This document shows positions 1 through 11,919 of a stretch of 64,000 nt of DNA, in pieces (position 1 is the first letter of the stretch; each line of letters begins with the position of its first letter). The DNA is taken from positions 23,932,001 to 23,996,000 of the forward strand of contig OZ320323.1 in NCBI GenBank assembly GCA_976226885.1. Reading direction: 5' to 3'. The position numbers and the translations under genes were made by a program. The notes below the pieces were generated by a model. The model searched no databases. It was not told the DNA's origin and saw only the letters and a program-made list of their open reading frames with translations. Origin of the DNA: Iphione sp. A-MEVVRFRX5. Its lineage: Eukaryota.

Positions 1-518
1 GAAAATATTCTCACAGCTTTTGTCTTAACAGGATGTTTTATTAAACTGGATATCATTGTGAGGAACAGAGGTCATCTGGGTGATGAGGCTTGACTTACAC
101 AGTTTCTATATTAAAAATATATTCATACAGTAGGTCTCATCTTGGGATGATTGAATTGGTGCCATGCAATACATACCCTTTCACATGAACATTGTCATGT
201 GATGAGTCTAGAGTAAATCAGTAATAATGTTTCTGTTTTTAGAAGTTGACTTTGTTACTGAAGTGAACTTGTGTCATAGATGATTCTTGGTTTTACAAGG
301 GTTAACATGTGATACACTGATAGCTAGCAGCTAGGACTTTGGAATCTTTGTTCATACGTGAGCATGATGCCAGCTTGTACATGATGGTGAAGCCAGCTCA
401 TACATGAGTATGGAGCTGGCCAGTGGACCTATTACATGAGGATGTACAAAACCTGGTAGAATATGAGGCTCTTTTTCATCGATTGGCTCAGCCTTGTAGA
501 TGTAGCGAGACATCACGT

Positions 519-1013
519 GAGTGCAGCTCATTAAGTGCACTCTCAGATAGGAATTAAGATTTTTACACTATGTAAAATAAATCATTCACCGAAAACAGTA
601 GTGACCAGTGTAATGGCAGAAATCTTGTGAGAATTTCTGTGAATAGTATCAGCATGCCATTATGTTTGTGGCAATCATTGTCCAAAAGTAGTCCCGGTCA
701 GGGTAATATCGGAAACCATACTCTCTCTCTCTCTCTCTGCGTGTGCAGAGAAAGAGACTTCCTGTCTGTATCAATTATGAGTGTAAGAGCCTTTGTCGCT
801 TGTCTTTATAGAATGAGTGCAGCTCATTAAGTGCACTCTCAGATAGGAATGAAGATTTTTACACTATGTAAAATAAATCATTCACCGAAAACAGTAACGG
901 CCAGTGTAATGGCAGAAATCTTGTGAGAATTTCTGTGAATAGTATCGCCATGCCATTATGTTTGTGGCAATCATTGTCCGAAAATAATCCCGGTCAGGGT
1001 AATATCGGAAACC

Positions 1014-1050
<37 letters not shown>

Positions 1051-1410
1051 AGAGAAAGAGGCTTCCTGTCTGTATCAATTATGAGTGTAAGAGCCTTTGT
1101 CGCTTGTCTTTATAGAATGAGTGCAGCTCATTAAGTGCACTCTCAGATAGGAATGAAGATTTTTACACTATGTAAAATAAATCATTCACCGAAAACAGTA
1201 ACGGCTAGTGTAATGGCAGAAATCTTGTGAGAATTTCTGTGAATAGTATCACCATGCCATTATGTTTGTGGCAATCATTGTCCGAAAATAGTCCCGGTCA
1301 GGGTAATATCAGAAACCATATTCTGTCTCTCTCTCTCTGCGTGTGCAGAGAAAGAGGCTTCCTGTCTGTATCAATTATGAGTGTAAGAGCCTTTGTCGCT
1401 TGTCTTTATA
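519..1410 (+). repeat. Recent tandem triplication, unit about 296-304 bp, each with an internal (CT)n
   Basis: Units start gagtgcagctcattaagtgcac at 519, 815 and 1119. They are nearly identical apart from CT-run length and a few substitutions. Confidence 0.95.
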
Positions 1411-1945
1411 CAGGAGAACCCCACCATGCGACCATCCGCTTGGGGCGACCAGTCGCCCATGGCGACCACTTTTGGCCAGAACCGACTGGAATTTAGTACA
1501 TTTGCTATATGATACAATTCGCCCATGGCAACCACTGGCTTGGGCGACCATTCGCCCATTACGACCGCCATTTTAAGAACAAAAACGATGATTTTAACAT
1601 GCTTAGGGCGACCACCAGCGTTGAGGGACTCCTGTCTTGGACTTTTCCCCCATAATATTCAGTTAATTTGGACTTTTCCCCCATAATATTCAGTTAATTT
1701 GGACTTTTTCCCCATAATATTCAGTTAATTTAGACTTCTTTTCCCCATAATATTCCCCATAGAGAAGAACACATAGAGAGGGGCATAGAGAGAGAGAGGG
1801 AGACAGAGAGAGGGAGACAGAGAGAGGGACATAGAGAGAGAGAGAGGGAGACAGAGAGAGCGACCCAATGCCTTAGGCGACCATCTGCCTAATGCGACCA
1901 CTTCAACTCAGTCCCTTAGGTGGTCGCAATAGGCGGGTTCTCCTG
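1411..1945. mobile_element. Tc1/mariner (pogo-like) MITE with TA target-site duplication
   Basis: TA|CAGGAGAACCC...GCGACCA at left and TGGTCGC...GGGTTCTCCTG|TA at right. Copies 1 and 2 of the surrounding triplication show the empty site tttaTAgaatg. Many internal GGCGACC motifs, a roughly 30-bp internal tandem repeat at 1637-1760 and a (GA)n tract. Confidence 0.88.
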
Positions 1946-3164
1946 TAGAATGTTCTGTGGTACAGTTGCCTCTTTCTGGCCCTGGTTGCAGGAAGCTGAC
2001 TTTTCAACAGGGAACCCACTGGAGGCAGGTTAGCTTTCTCATGGGGATTGTGTGAATGGACCTGTATTAGAGACGGAAGAACATTCAATCAGTCAGTTTA
2101 CCGTGAGACTTTAGATGACAAATGCCTGTGGTGGTATATGGTCATTATGTCCAGTGGTCGATAAAGTCAAGCCCTGTTCTCTGGAACCCGTGTTTTAAGT
2201 GATATATCCAGAAAAGGAACCTCCTTTGTTTTAGGTGATGTATCCAGAAAAAAAAGGAAATCCGAATTACATAAACATTAAACTATGTAAAAATGACAAT
2301 CTGTAACGTGAAAATTAAGTGGGATAACAAGTAAATTTGGATACTGAGCCTTTGGTTAATGTGCTTTGATTATGTATCTAGCCACTTTTAAAAAAATTTC
2401 TTTAAACAGTGATTCTGGCATCGGCCACGAGGCTAGTTTTCAGCTGGGGCTGTACAATTATTGCCTAAATACCAAACGGTAGCCGGGCGATAGAGTAAAT
2501 GCAGTCATATAATACAAGTGGATATTAATGTACAACTTAGTTGACTTCAGTAGTGTTGGAAATTAGATTCGCACATCCAGCTTGATATAGTTAAGTTTTC
2601 CATTTTGAACTGCCGTCATGTCTGAAACTTGATTGTGTATTGTGTGTCACAATGAATGGCAAGTAGTTTCAAAATTAACCACACTTTGATGATTCTATGG
2701 ATTTTTCTTTTATTCATGTGTGGAGTGTTAGAGTCAGGGGTTAGATTGAACTTGTCTAAGTTGTTGTGTCTTAGACTGTACACATTCTGCTAAGGCCGAA
2801 TTTCTATACACCTGTGTCTCCATGTAGCATGTTTATGCATGTTTTTTTTGGAATATAGGATAACAGCAGGAGTGTATCCATGTACTCGTGTAGCATGTCA
2901 CATGTTGTGCAAAAGTGCTCTGGACATGTTGGTTATAATTACAATGTGCAAATTGTTCACAGCATTCCACAGACCTAAAAACAGATAACACAGGTATATC
3001 GAAATTCGGTTTTAGGGTGTGGGAATTCCAAGTGTAATTTAATTGTAACCTTATAGGCCTGTATTTACATGATATATATATATAATATTGCCCAAAAGTA
3101 GTCCCTGCCAGAGTAATTGTGGAAATATCGTAATAGTTGCTGAGGTGTATATCTCCATACCTCT

Positions 3165-3600
3165 GTATGTATGTATGTATGTATGTATGTATGTATGTAT
3201 GTATGTATGTATGTATGTGTTGGTGTGTGGCCTTGAAAAGGCCGCCAATCAGCCATTTCTTATGGTTTAGATGAACCTTCTCTCCGATGGCTTGCAAAAT
3301 TACCACCGCAACAACAGCTCCCCTAAGACAGCCGCTGACTAGGTTGGCAACTGATAAGCACCTTGGCCGAGTCCACTTGCAAACTGGTAGTAAACAGATT
3401 TGTGATTGATATATCTCAAAGTGAATTGGTCACACTGCTTAGTCATTATGTCTAAGGGTTTAAGTATGGATACTCTCTATTGGTGTGGTAGTGTAACGAT
3501 GTGGCCCAAGACCATCAGGTCAAGGGCGAAAGTCATTAAACTGCCAAACAAAAAGTATAGTATTCATACTCAAACACAGTTCTGGAACAAATGAGAAAGC
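3165..3600 (-). mobile_element. Probable 3' end of a LINE or SINE terminating in a (CATA)n tail
   Basis: On the minus strand: ggccttttcaaggcc short hairpin, then cacacaccaa, then (CATA)n at 3165-3217. This architecture is typical of retroposon tails; the left boundary is uncertain. Confidence 0.35.
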
Positions 3601-6600
3601 AAAATGGAATACAAAGAAAAGCAAAAGAATACACTGAAGTATTACCTTTATCAGCTTGTTCTTGTTTGCATTTTAGACAAAAAAGGTGTCAAGGAGCACT
3701 ATGTTTTAAGTTTTTGTTGCCATTCAAGTAGGAGCATTTCATTTGCTGAAAGAAATATCGTGTGACTTCATAAAAAATGAACTAGGTCGTTTTTAATGTA
3801 ACCCTTTTTTGCGTTGTTGACATGAAACAAACATCAAATTGGATTTCTTTACCATTTTGTATGTAGTCAAGCTCAAATTTTTGTTACTGAATAATTTTAG
3901 ATTTCAATTATAAATCATTTCTTTATGTATTTATAAAGTATTTTGATTCCAAACTTTTGAATCAAGTCATCAAGGGCCCACCATGCTGTATTCACAAAAA
4001 CCAGTGACTATTCACCTGACAAAATTTAGCCACAAGTCTTCTGACTATTTTCCAGTGAGAAGAATGCTTGACTAGGGGACGATTCACAGCAAACTACATC
4101 ATGAGTGTTAGAACCTGCTGATTAGTCATTCTGTCCCACCCTTAGTCAGTATGCCCCATGAGTACATGGGTGGTCACCTATTTTGGTAAAATGTTATCAG
4201 CTGTTTAAATTCTTGTTAAACATTATTTGCTCTCCCAAATCAGGGTGAAACATTATTCAGCATTTTCTGGTGACTGGGGATCAAGAAATAGATTGTTGGT
4301 GAAGCGTTATATGCTCTTTCTTTAAGCATTATGAGTAATTTGAATTCCTGGTGAAGTGTTAATGGGTACCCCCTGGCCCTACCCACCCCCCGTGTGACTG
4401 TGACAGTGGTGCTGTAAACAACAAGTGTGAGCACTGAAGGTGCTTGTAATGGATTAAACTTCATTCGTTCCCCAGTTGATTCGTTCCCCAGTTGTCAATT
4501 GTTATACGTAGTCATCAATCGTATTCCATCTAATAGTATTATCTGAATGATGTATTATATGATACATAAAGTTTATGGTGCTGGTAGGTTAGGGAAGGTC
4601 AAAGAAAGATTATTTGGCTAGAGATCTTTACAGTGAAGCAACTTGCTGTAAAGATATCCATAATAGATGTTCATTCGCACGCCTTATACGGGTACCCTCC
4701 TACTTTCTCATGGGAAACTCACCATTAACTATGGGTTTCATTTGTGTTATGTTTTGTGCATGTATTGTAAAAATACCTTCATGTATTTTAACAGTCCTAT
4801 TTTGGAAATCCATTATCCCCTTATTGGAGAATGTGTATGGTAAGTATGAGATAGAATTGTAATTCGGCCAGAGGAAAGAAATTCATATAATTAGTACAGG
4901 GATGAGATACATGTGGTGTCAAGTGGGTTTGGTCAGTTGATGTATGTACATGTTAAGAACACTGAACATAGTTGTATAGGATCTTTTCAGCTATGCATCT
5001 TTTTTTTCATGAGTAGCCATTTGCTCATATTTCAACACTTTCAAAGTGCTCAGTATTAAGTCCACAAGGTGGCGTGGTCGTATTTGACAGTTGTCACGGG
5101 GTACGATAACATATACTGTATTTTATTTTAAATTGAGCTATCATCACTGCTGGGGTAAAGATCAACATTAATTTCATGGTACACGTGATTGACATGAAAA
5201 AAAAACGGTTTGATGTAGGCCTCAGTAGACCTATCATTGACTATGCAGTGAATGAAAATGTCACGAAATGTCACTTGACTGATTGCCTGCCTACACGAGA
5301 AGTGTATGACGTAATTGGTCCAACGGCACTTTTTAGACAGCATTAGCGAATGTAAACCCCGTTGTACGCAACCTTCATCTTTTGCACACTTTCTTTCAAA
5401 AATGTCCTTATTTCAATGGTTAGTGTATATCCGTGGCATAAGTCAACGACCAGTCAATAAAGGGTGCATATGATTTGATGGCTCAGAGCATCATTCACCT
5501 CCATTTTTGTACTCAGTATTATTTCTATTTTATTCTGCATTGTAGCCATACCTTTATGATGTCTTCTCTTTGGTTGGCGGCTCTTGTGCTGTCATCTGAA
5601 CAGAGCATAAACATTACGTGCATAGTTAACCATACACACAGTTATTTTAGTACCAGTTGCAACATATATCTACTTCCAATGATTCCCTCGATGACAAGTA
5701 TTCATAGTACCGTGCAGAATGTCAATTGAATGCATTTTGATCCATTGACAAATCACAATAAAGTTTGCCACATGGCAGTTTTCATGCTGGAATGTAAACG
5801 CTAAATAGTGGTTTGTGTCAGTTTGAAGGTATTACACGGTGTGGCTATTGGTCATTTCTTAGGTCCAGTTATTACTTCACTGAATATTGTCACTTAGTTG
5901 GACACTACTGTCATACATTATATTACACTGCAATAAATCCCAGTCACTTGTCTCCAGTATAACATGGACAAAATTCACACGTCCGGTTATAGGTGAGCAT
6001 AGACATGAGTTATGTCATGGTGCAGGCCACATAGGCGAATTTTGAATACAATTTCTTAATGAAACTCCTTCAAATGTTTCTTTGATAAATTACTGATTTT
6101 TTACGCTCATATCTTGTAAACTTTTAGATCATCCTTTTGTGCCAGATGTACAATGTGTTATTTGTAGCTTCACTCTGTGATTCACTTAAAATTTATTCAT
6201 TTTTGTTGTAGAACGGTTATCTTCACTCTGGTAGTTCATGAACTTTGGTTGCATTTGATTTAAGTTTTATCTGTAAAAACAAAATATTAATAATTGGTTA
6301 CATAATACGAGTAAGGGCAATTCTTTTCAACATAGCAGCTTAATTCTGTGGAGAACAGTTTATTCCAATTTATGATAATTATGCATGGAAATAAATGGCT
6401 ACAAATCAGTACTTTGTCTACCTTATCTGTTAAATCAATCGAAATAAAAGACAATACAGCCTCAAAACGGGCTTTGTTGGGCTGAGGACAGATGCACCCC
6501 TGACCGGTAGGTGGCAGTGTAGAAATAACCAGAACATGCCGATAGATGGCATTTGTTATGCGAGGATTGCGTCCTCGCTTCTCACCGGGTAACATTAAGT

Positions 6601-6946
6601 GCAGATGAACCAAGTACAATTTTATAGATGGTGTATTCCTTTTGTTGATATGCTATTTTGAAGTTGAAATCCTCCGTATACCACGTGTGGTTGGAATTAA
6701 GATTTTGAATCATTGATCGAAACGTTGCTAATAGGCACAACGTGGTGCAACCGTGTCAGTTGAAGTAGTGTCTTGTTGTGATGAAGACAGTTTGGATGGA
6801 ACCCAGTTGTCAGGGAGAGGAGAAGGTGAGTCATGGATTGTTAAGGCAGCATGTCCATGTCCATTGTGATGTCATAGAAAACAAATTAGATATTTGTTTT
6901 AGAGTGACTCTTTTTTGTCCTGAAGGATGTAGCAGGACATGATTTT

Positions 6947-7006
6947 ACTGTTTCGACAATGTAGTCTCATCAGGCACCATTAATATTTAGGTTTAGATTT
7001 GACAGT
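6947..7006 (-). ncRNA. Hammerhead-ribozyme-like core in the PLE 3' region (possibly degenerate)
   Basis: Minus strand CTGATGA-GAC-tacatt-GTC-GAAA-CAGT (6973-6947); upstream ACTG-TC (7006-7001) could give stem III plus a GUC site. I cannot find a stem I. Confidence 0.55.
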
Positions 7007-7333
7007 TGGGCACGGTGTCAGCTTATGGGGCTGATCTTGACAGATTTACATTCAGGCCTCATGGGGGTCATGTGTGGCTTGAATATGGACGTCAGGCCGT
7101 CCAGTTATCTGTGTGGACGTGGTGTCCATATTGTGGGGTGTAGAGGGCACCCTATAATGAGCGGTTGCCTGGCCGGAGTGTATGCAACCAGGGGCGCTTA
7201 CCAACTGTCATCCACATAAATGTGGGGCTCCCTGGAGTGCGAATATAAGTCCATCAGGGACTCACCACCATAGGTAAAAGGTTAATTTTTGCGTACGTGG
7301 CTAGGTATGGTGGGGTCCCTGGTCGGATCGCAC

Positions 7334-7802
7334 TCAAAAGTTTGTGGCGTCCATGACATTGAGGCCGGTTGGAGACACTGTATGCAAGCGGTGAATCCAA
7401 TTATGTTCAATCAGATCTCTTAGTCGCTTTGCTCGGGCGCTCTCAGGTTGAGCGTGAATAAAGTCCACAATGTGTATTTCAGTGTCGTTGATACCTTGGT
7501 GCTCAACATCATTGAAATGTTCACTAATTATGGAGTTTTTGGTATTGCGTTTGATGATACCAAAATGGCCTTGGAACCGGTCCATGAGTCGGTTCTTGGT
7601 TTGGCCTACATATTGCAGACCACATCTGGTGCAGGTCATGCAATATATTAGATTAGAGCTTTTACAGCTCACATTAATCTTAGTCGTGTAGCTTCGTTTG
7701 CTGTAGGTGCTAACGATCTTACCTGTCTTATTTATCTTGGGACAATATCTACAGGTGCGTGTGGTGCAAGGGTTTTTCGTGCCTGTCTTCGGTTGGTCCC
7801 GT
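7334..7802 (-). pseudogene. GIY-YIG endonuclease fragment of a Penelope-like element
   Basis: ORF-track 7334..7672 extends upstream without a stop to about 7802, where a poly-A (plus strand) run begins; no RT part. Confidence 0.88.
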
Positions 7803-8135
7803 TGAAAAAAAAAAAAAAAAGATTTTGAATCATGAATGCCTAAATATGTAGGCTACAGATCTACAGTATTCCCCCTGGAAAATTATCATTTTTGTCCTGC
7901 TATCAGGTTGCACCAGGTACTGTGTTTAATAGCGCACTTCATCCATTTTTAAATCATTTTTTGTATGTTTCCAATTATTTTAACATTCATAAAAAGCGTT
8001 GGGAAAATTTGGAGTATATCTTCAAATATACTGTATAAACCCTCCAATGCGACCACTGGCGGCACCAGCCAATTCTGTCCCCAATAAAGGATTGCCTTTT
8101 GAAGAGTATTATTTTCTTATATATATATATATATA

Positions 8136-8297
8136 TAGTAGACTCTCACCCTGCGACCAGTCACCTAGGGCGACCAATCGGCCAGTGCAACCACTTTTTT
8201 AAAGAACAAATCATATTAAGTAGGAGGAATAACCAATGCTTTAGGCGACCAGTTTTGTACAGTCCCTTTGGTGGTCGCTTTTAGGCGGAGGCAACTG
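8136..8297. mobile_element. Short pogo-like MITE related to 1411-1945
   Basis: Right end tggtcgcttttaggcggaggcaactg|TA resembles the right end of the 1411-1945 element; shared GGCGACCA motifs; left end in a (TA)n run. Confidence 0.55.
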
Positions 8298-9596
8298 TAT
8301 ATATATATTCATATATTTTGTATAAATGACTAGTAGCACTGAGCAGTTAGTTTGAAAGCAGCTCCATTCATCACATGGTGTTACAAGAAATTATTTGCGT
8401 ATAATACCAATTACTAGACTAATACAACGTTCTCATTAAAGTCACTAAGAGGGATCACCTGCTGGTGGCTGGTCTAAGTATGTAGGGGTGTCCTTGCATA
8501 CCCAAATGTATCAGCCCTCCCCGTGATAATGGATTTGTCCGATCATCCATTCTGTATTATAAGTGGGGAACAGACTGTGCACCAGTGTGTTTGCTGCCAC
8601 GACAAATTTGGCATCTTTCGTGCTTATTTGTGTGTATGAATATAATAAAGGGGATTTGTTGATAATGCTTGTCCAAGCATGACTGGTATTGGTATCATTA
8701 TTAGGAGGGTGCAGATTACAGTACACTACAGGATTGGGACCAGCAACCATTAACCTCTATTTGGGTTGCCCTCATAGTTGAGTTTTCCATAGGGTGAGTT
8801 GTTAAATTAATGTACTAATATCAATGATGTACTGTGATCAGAAGAAAGTAAAGAATTGCAGCTGTATGGCTCAGCTCGAACATCCTTATGAGTGCATGTG
8901 CACACGTTTTTGTATTTGGGCTCTGTATCTGTACTTTCCCCTTGAACTGCAAGTGCAAATATTAAAGCCCTATCCAATTTTTAATTGCAGATCCTTAAAA
9001 AGAGGTACACGTCCATTCATATTCTAAATAATTCTATGCAATCACTGTCTTGATTGATATTGAGCCTAATTTTATTGAAATTGTCTAGATCATTGAAATT
9101 CAGCTCAATTCTATAGAGTCCTTATGGAGGAGCGCAGACAGGTTCATGGGTGCAAATGTATGTGTATATGTGTCGTGTATGTATGGGAAGATTTGTAGGA
9201 ATGTGAATAACTGCAGGTATGTGTAGATATGTATACGTATGTGAGGGTGTGTAGGTATTGTGTCCGCAACGGATGGTGTCTGCAGTCGCTGAAAAGTAAA
9301 AGTGGAGCAGAAATGTGGTAAAAGTCGGCAGGAGCGCAGCAGCTTGATTCTGCTTGTGACTGATTCTGGACCTCCTTATAACCCCCTTCCAGGTGGCCCA
9401 TCCTTTGCACTGTCCTCTTGTTTTAACAGATCTTAGGAGTTGCCCAGCATTTTCTCAGCAATCCTCCCAATGTCTGCCAGCCGCCTGTCCTTCCCACCAT
9501 CCTCAGGTTTGAGCAGATCTAAGGAATTGCCCGGCAGTCTCAGTAGTCCTTCCAATACCTGCCAGCCAACCTCTGTTAGAAGACAACTGGACATAA

Positions 9597-11366
9597 TTCG
9601 ATCGTGAGGTCAGAAACGAGAAGAGGCAGTTCTGGACTGCTAAAGTGAGGGCCTATAAACATGATGGGGCTAAACGCTGGGGGGTCGTTAATAGACTACT
9701 TAAAAGGGAAAGGGCCAAGGATAAGCTGCCTGACAAAGAGAAGGTACTGAGGGAAAAAGGGGTTACACTACCAACTGCTTTCAATGAATACTACATCAGT
9801 GAGGTTGAGAAGTTAGCGTGTGACCAGAGCAAGGTAGCGCAACAATTTCAGCTGCCGTATCGTGGTAGATTCGATCTAGACCCCCCTAGCCCCTCCAAGG
9901 TTGCTGAGATAATCAGCAAGATCCGGGTTGAAAAGCCGTCAGGTATAAATGGTGTACCGACTGTCATTCTTAAGCCGGTCTTGTTACTGAAGGCAGACCT
10001 TCTCGCGTGGATCTTCGCCGAATGCCTGGCCAAAGGCCACTTCCCGGAATCTTGGAAAACAGCACGCGTAACACCTGTGTACAAAAAAGGGTGTAGTGAG
10101 GAAATTAACAATTATAGACCTGTCTCAATTTTGCCTCTCCCCAGCAAGGTTTGTGAGAAGTGGTTTACTGGCGGCATCATGGACTATCTGGAGAGTGGCA
10201 ACTTACTCAGCAGCGCGCAACATGGGTTTCGCAAGGGGCGTGGGACCGAGACTGCGTTTGTTAAGCTGCTCTGCGAGGTAAATGAGTGTGTGAATCAAGG
10301 TCTCTACTGTTGTGTTATTGCCTTCGACCTCACCAAGGCATTTGATCTGGTGTCAAATAACAGTGTGGTTGAGAGTCTGGCAAAGTTTGGACTGGGCCCT
10401 AGGACATGTGCGTTGGTAATGAGCTACTTGCAGCAGCGAGCCCAGTATGTGAAGTGTGGTGATGAGTGTTCGGGGGTACTCAAACTCAGTAGGGGCGTAC
10501 CACAAGGCTCTGTTTTTGGGCCTAGCGCCTTTATTTGTGTAATGAACGACGTTGTCTCTAAACTCCCGCAGGGGGCGCTACCGGTTGTCTATGCGGATGA
10601 TCTCTCTGTGCTAGTCTCAGCACGTGACCTGCTGAGACTTAGGCGGGAAGCGAGGAGAGTGATTGTGGCTGTGTCAGAGTGGTGCAAAGACAACAACTTA
10701 GTACTGAGTGAGAGTAAGTGCGTGTACACCACCGTTGGAAAAGCGGCTGGTGTCCCATTAGACCTTCAGGTGAACAACAGGCCCCTCGCACGCACAGACA
10801 CGCTCCAGCTCCTTGGGTACTACCTACATGACAAACTGAGCTGCAGACCAACGATTAATCGTGTGGTCCAGAAAATGTGGGGGGCCTCCAAGAAATTAGC
10901 TAGGGTTAAGAGGTTCCTCCCAATATCGGTGAGGGTGGAACTATTCAAATCGCTGGTTCTCGCACACCTACAATACCACTTACCAAGTCTGTACACAATG
11001 GGGTCTTCTGAGGCAGTTCGCCTGCAGCTACAGGTCAACCGTTGTGCCAGGGTGGCGATTCAGGTGGGCAGTTACATCTCTGCATGTAGACTGCAGATCA
11101 AGATCGGGATACCAAGGGTTGAGATGTTAGTCAAGGAAAAGGGCTTACAGGCAATTCATCGCCTGGTGCATCTCGGGCTACTGACCATGGATGGCTGATC
11201 AAAAACAAGGCAGGGCGCTACTGCTAGAGTCCGCTTAAGCAGGCTGAAAACTAGCTTGTTTCGGAAATCACTGAGTTATCATGGGGCCTCCTGTTGGAAC
11301 AACCTCCCTCAGGCTAAAAGGTCATGCAAGAGGAAGCTGAAGCTCCATACGTTGGATGGGAGGTAG
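9597..11366 (+). pseudogene. 5'-truncated non-LTR retrotransposon ORF2 (reverse transcriptase), CR1 group (L2/Crack-like), one premature stop
   Basis: RT motifs YRPVSILP, QHGFRKGRGTETA, DLTKAFDLV, GVPQGSVFGP, YADD. The frame is open from 9597. After TGA at 11196-11198 it continues SKTRQG...LFRKSLSYHGASCWNNLP...* to 11366, the typical C-terminal SFSY.G..LWN.LP motif. No endonuclease domain. Confidence 0.92.
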
Positions 11367-11575
11367 GTTAAGGGGTCCCTATAGGGAATCTAGGAGGTGT
11401 CTTGGGCTGATTAATGTCAGGTCGTGCTCAGTTTCCCATACCAGTTGTGCCAGTAACATGACCATCTCTTAGCTTATTGTCGAGCTAGGCTATGCTATGG
11501 ATGGTGTTTCATGCCTGAGATATACAGAACCCTGTTATTCCGATGCCTATCAGAAGGAAATCATTATTGTGCCCT

Positions 11576-11687
11576 GGGTCAGGTCTCCTACACCACCTTG
11601 TGCCCTAGTGTGTTTTGCTACGTTGTGGCTTGGGTCAGGTCTCCTACACCACCTTGTGCCCTAGTGTGTTTTGCTACGTTGTGGCTC
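11576..11687 (+). repeat. Direct tandem duplication of about 56 bp in the LINE 3' region
   Basis: tgggtcaggtctcctacaccaccttgtgccctagtgtgttttgctacgttgtggct occurs twice back to back. Confidence 0.9.
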
Positions 11688-11919
11688 TCTATAGCTGTCA
11701 TCTATGGTATGCTGATAGAGGGGGATAGATGACTATCCCGGGAGGGTACCTGGAGCTGTCCTGTGCTGCGATAGTGTACCAACAAGTATAGTGTGGCTAC
11801 CGGTTTCAACAAGTGTATCAAATTGCATCAACCATGTACTCTAGTTCATACATGTGCCTATGCTACCCGTAATAATGCTCCATTGCTAGCATTACACCAT
11901 ACCCTTCGTGTCTCTTGTC

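Larger units (their letters stand above)
6900..7803 (-). mobile_element. 5'-truncated Penelope-like retroelement (GIY-YIG endonuclease end plus 3' pLTR)
   Basis: The minus-strand frame from about 7802 to the stop at 7334 reads ...PCTTRTCRYCPKINKTG...CKSSNLIYCMTCTRCGLQYVGQTKNRLMDRFQGH...HFNDVEH...LIEHNWIHRLHTVSPTGLN, the CxxC plus GIY-YIG C-terminus of PLEs. Hammerhead-like core downstream. 3' boundary approximate. Confidence 0.9.

Noticed and set aside
627-1496. ORFs 627..830 and 1227..1496 with near-identical translations
   Set aside because: Products of the triplicated 300-bp unit and its (CT)n; no protein motif.
2833-3306. 157-aa ORF with HTYI repeats and overlapping ORFs
   Set aside because: Translation of the (CATA)n microsatellite.
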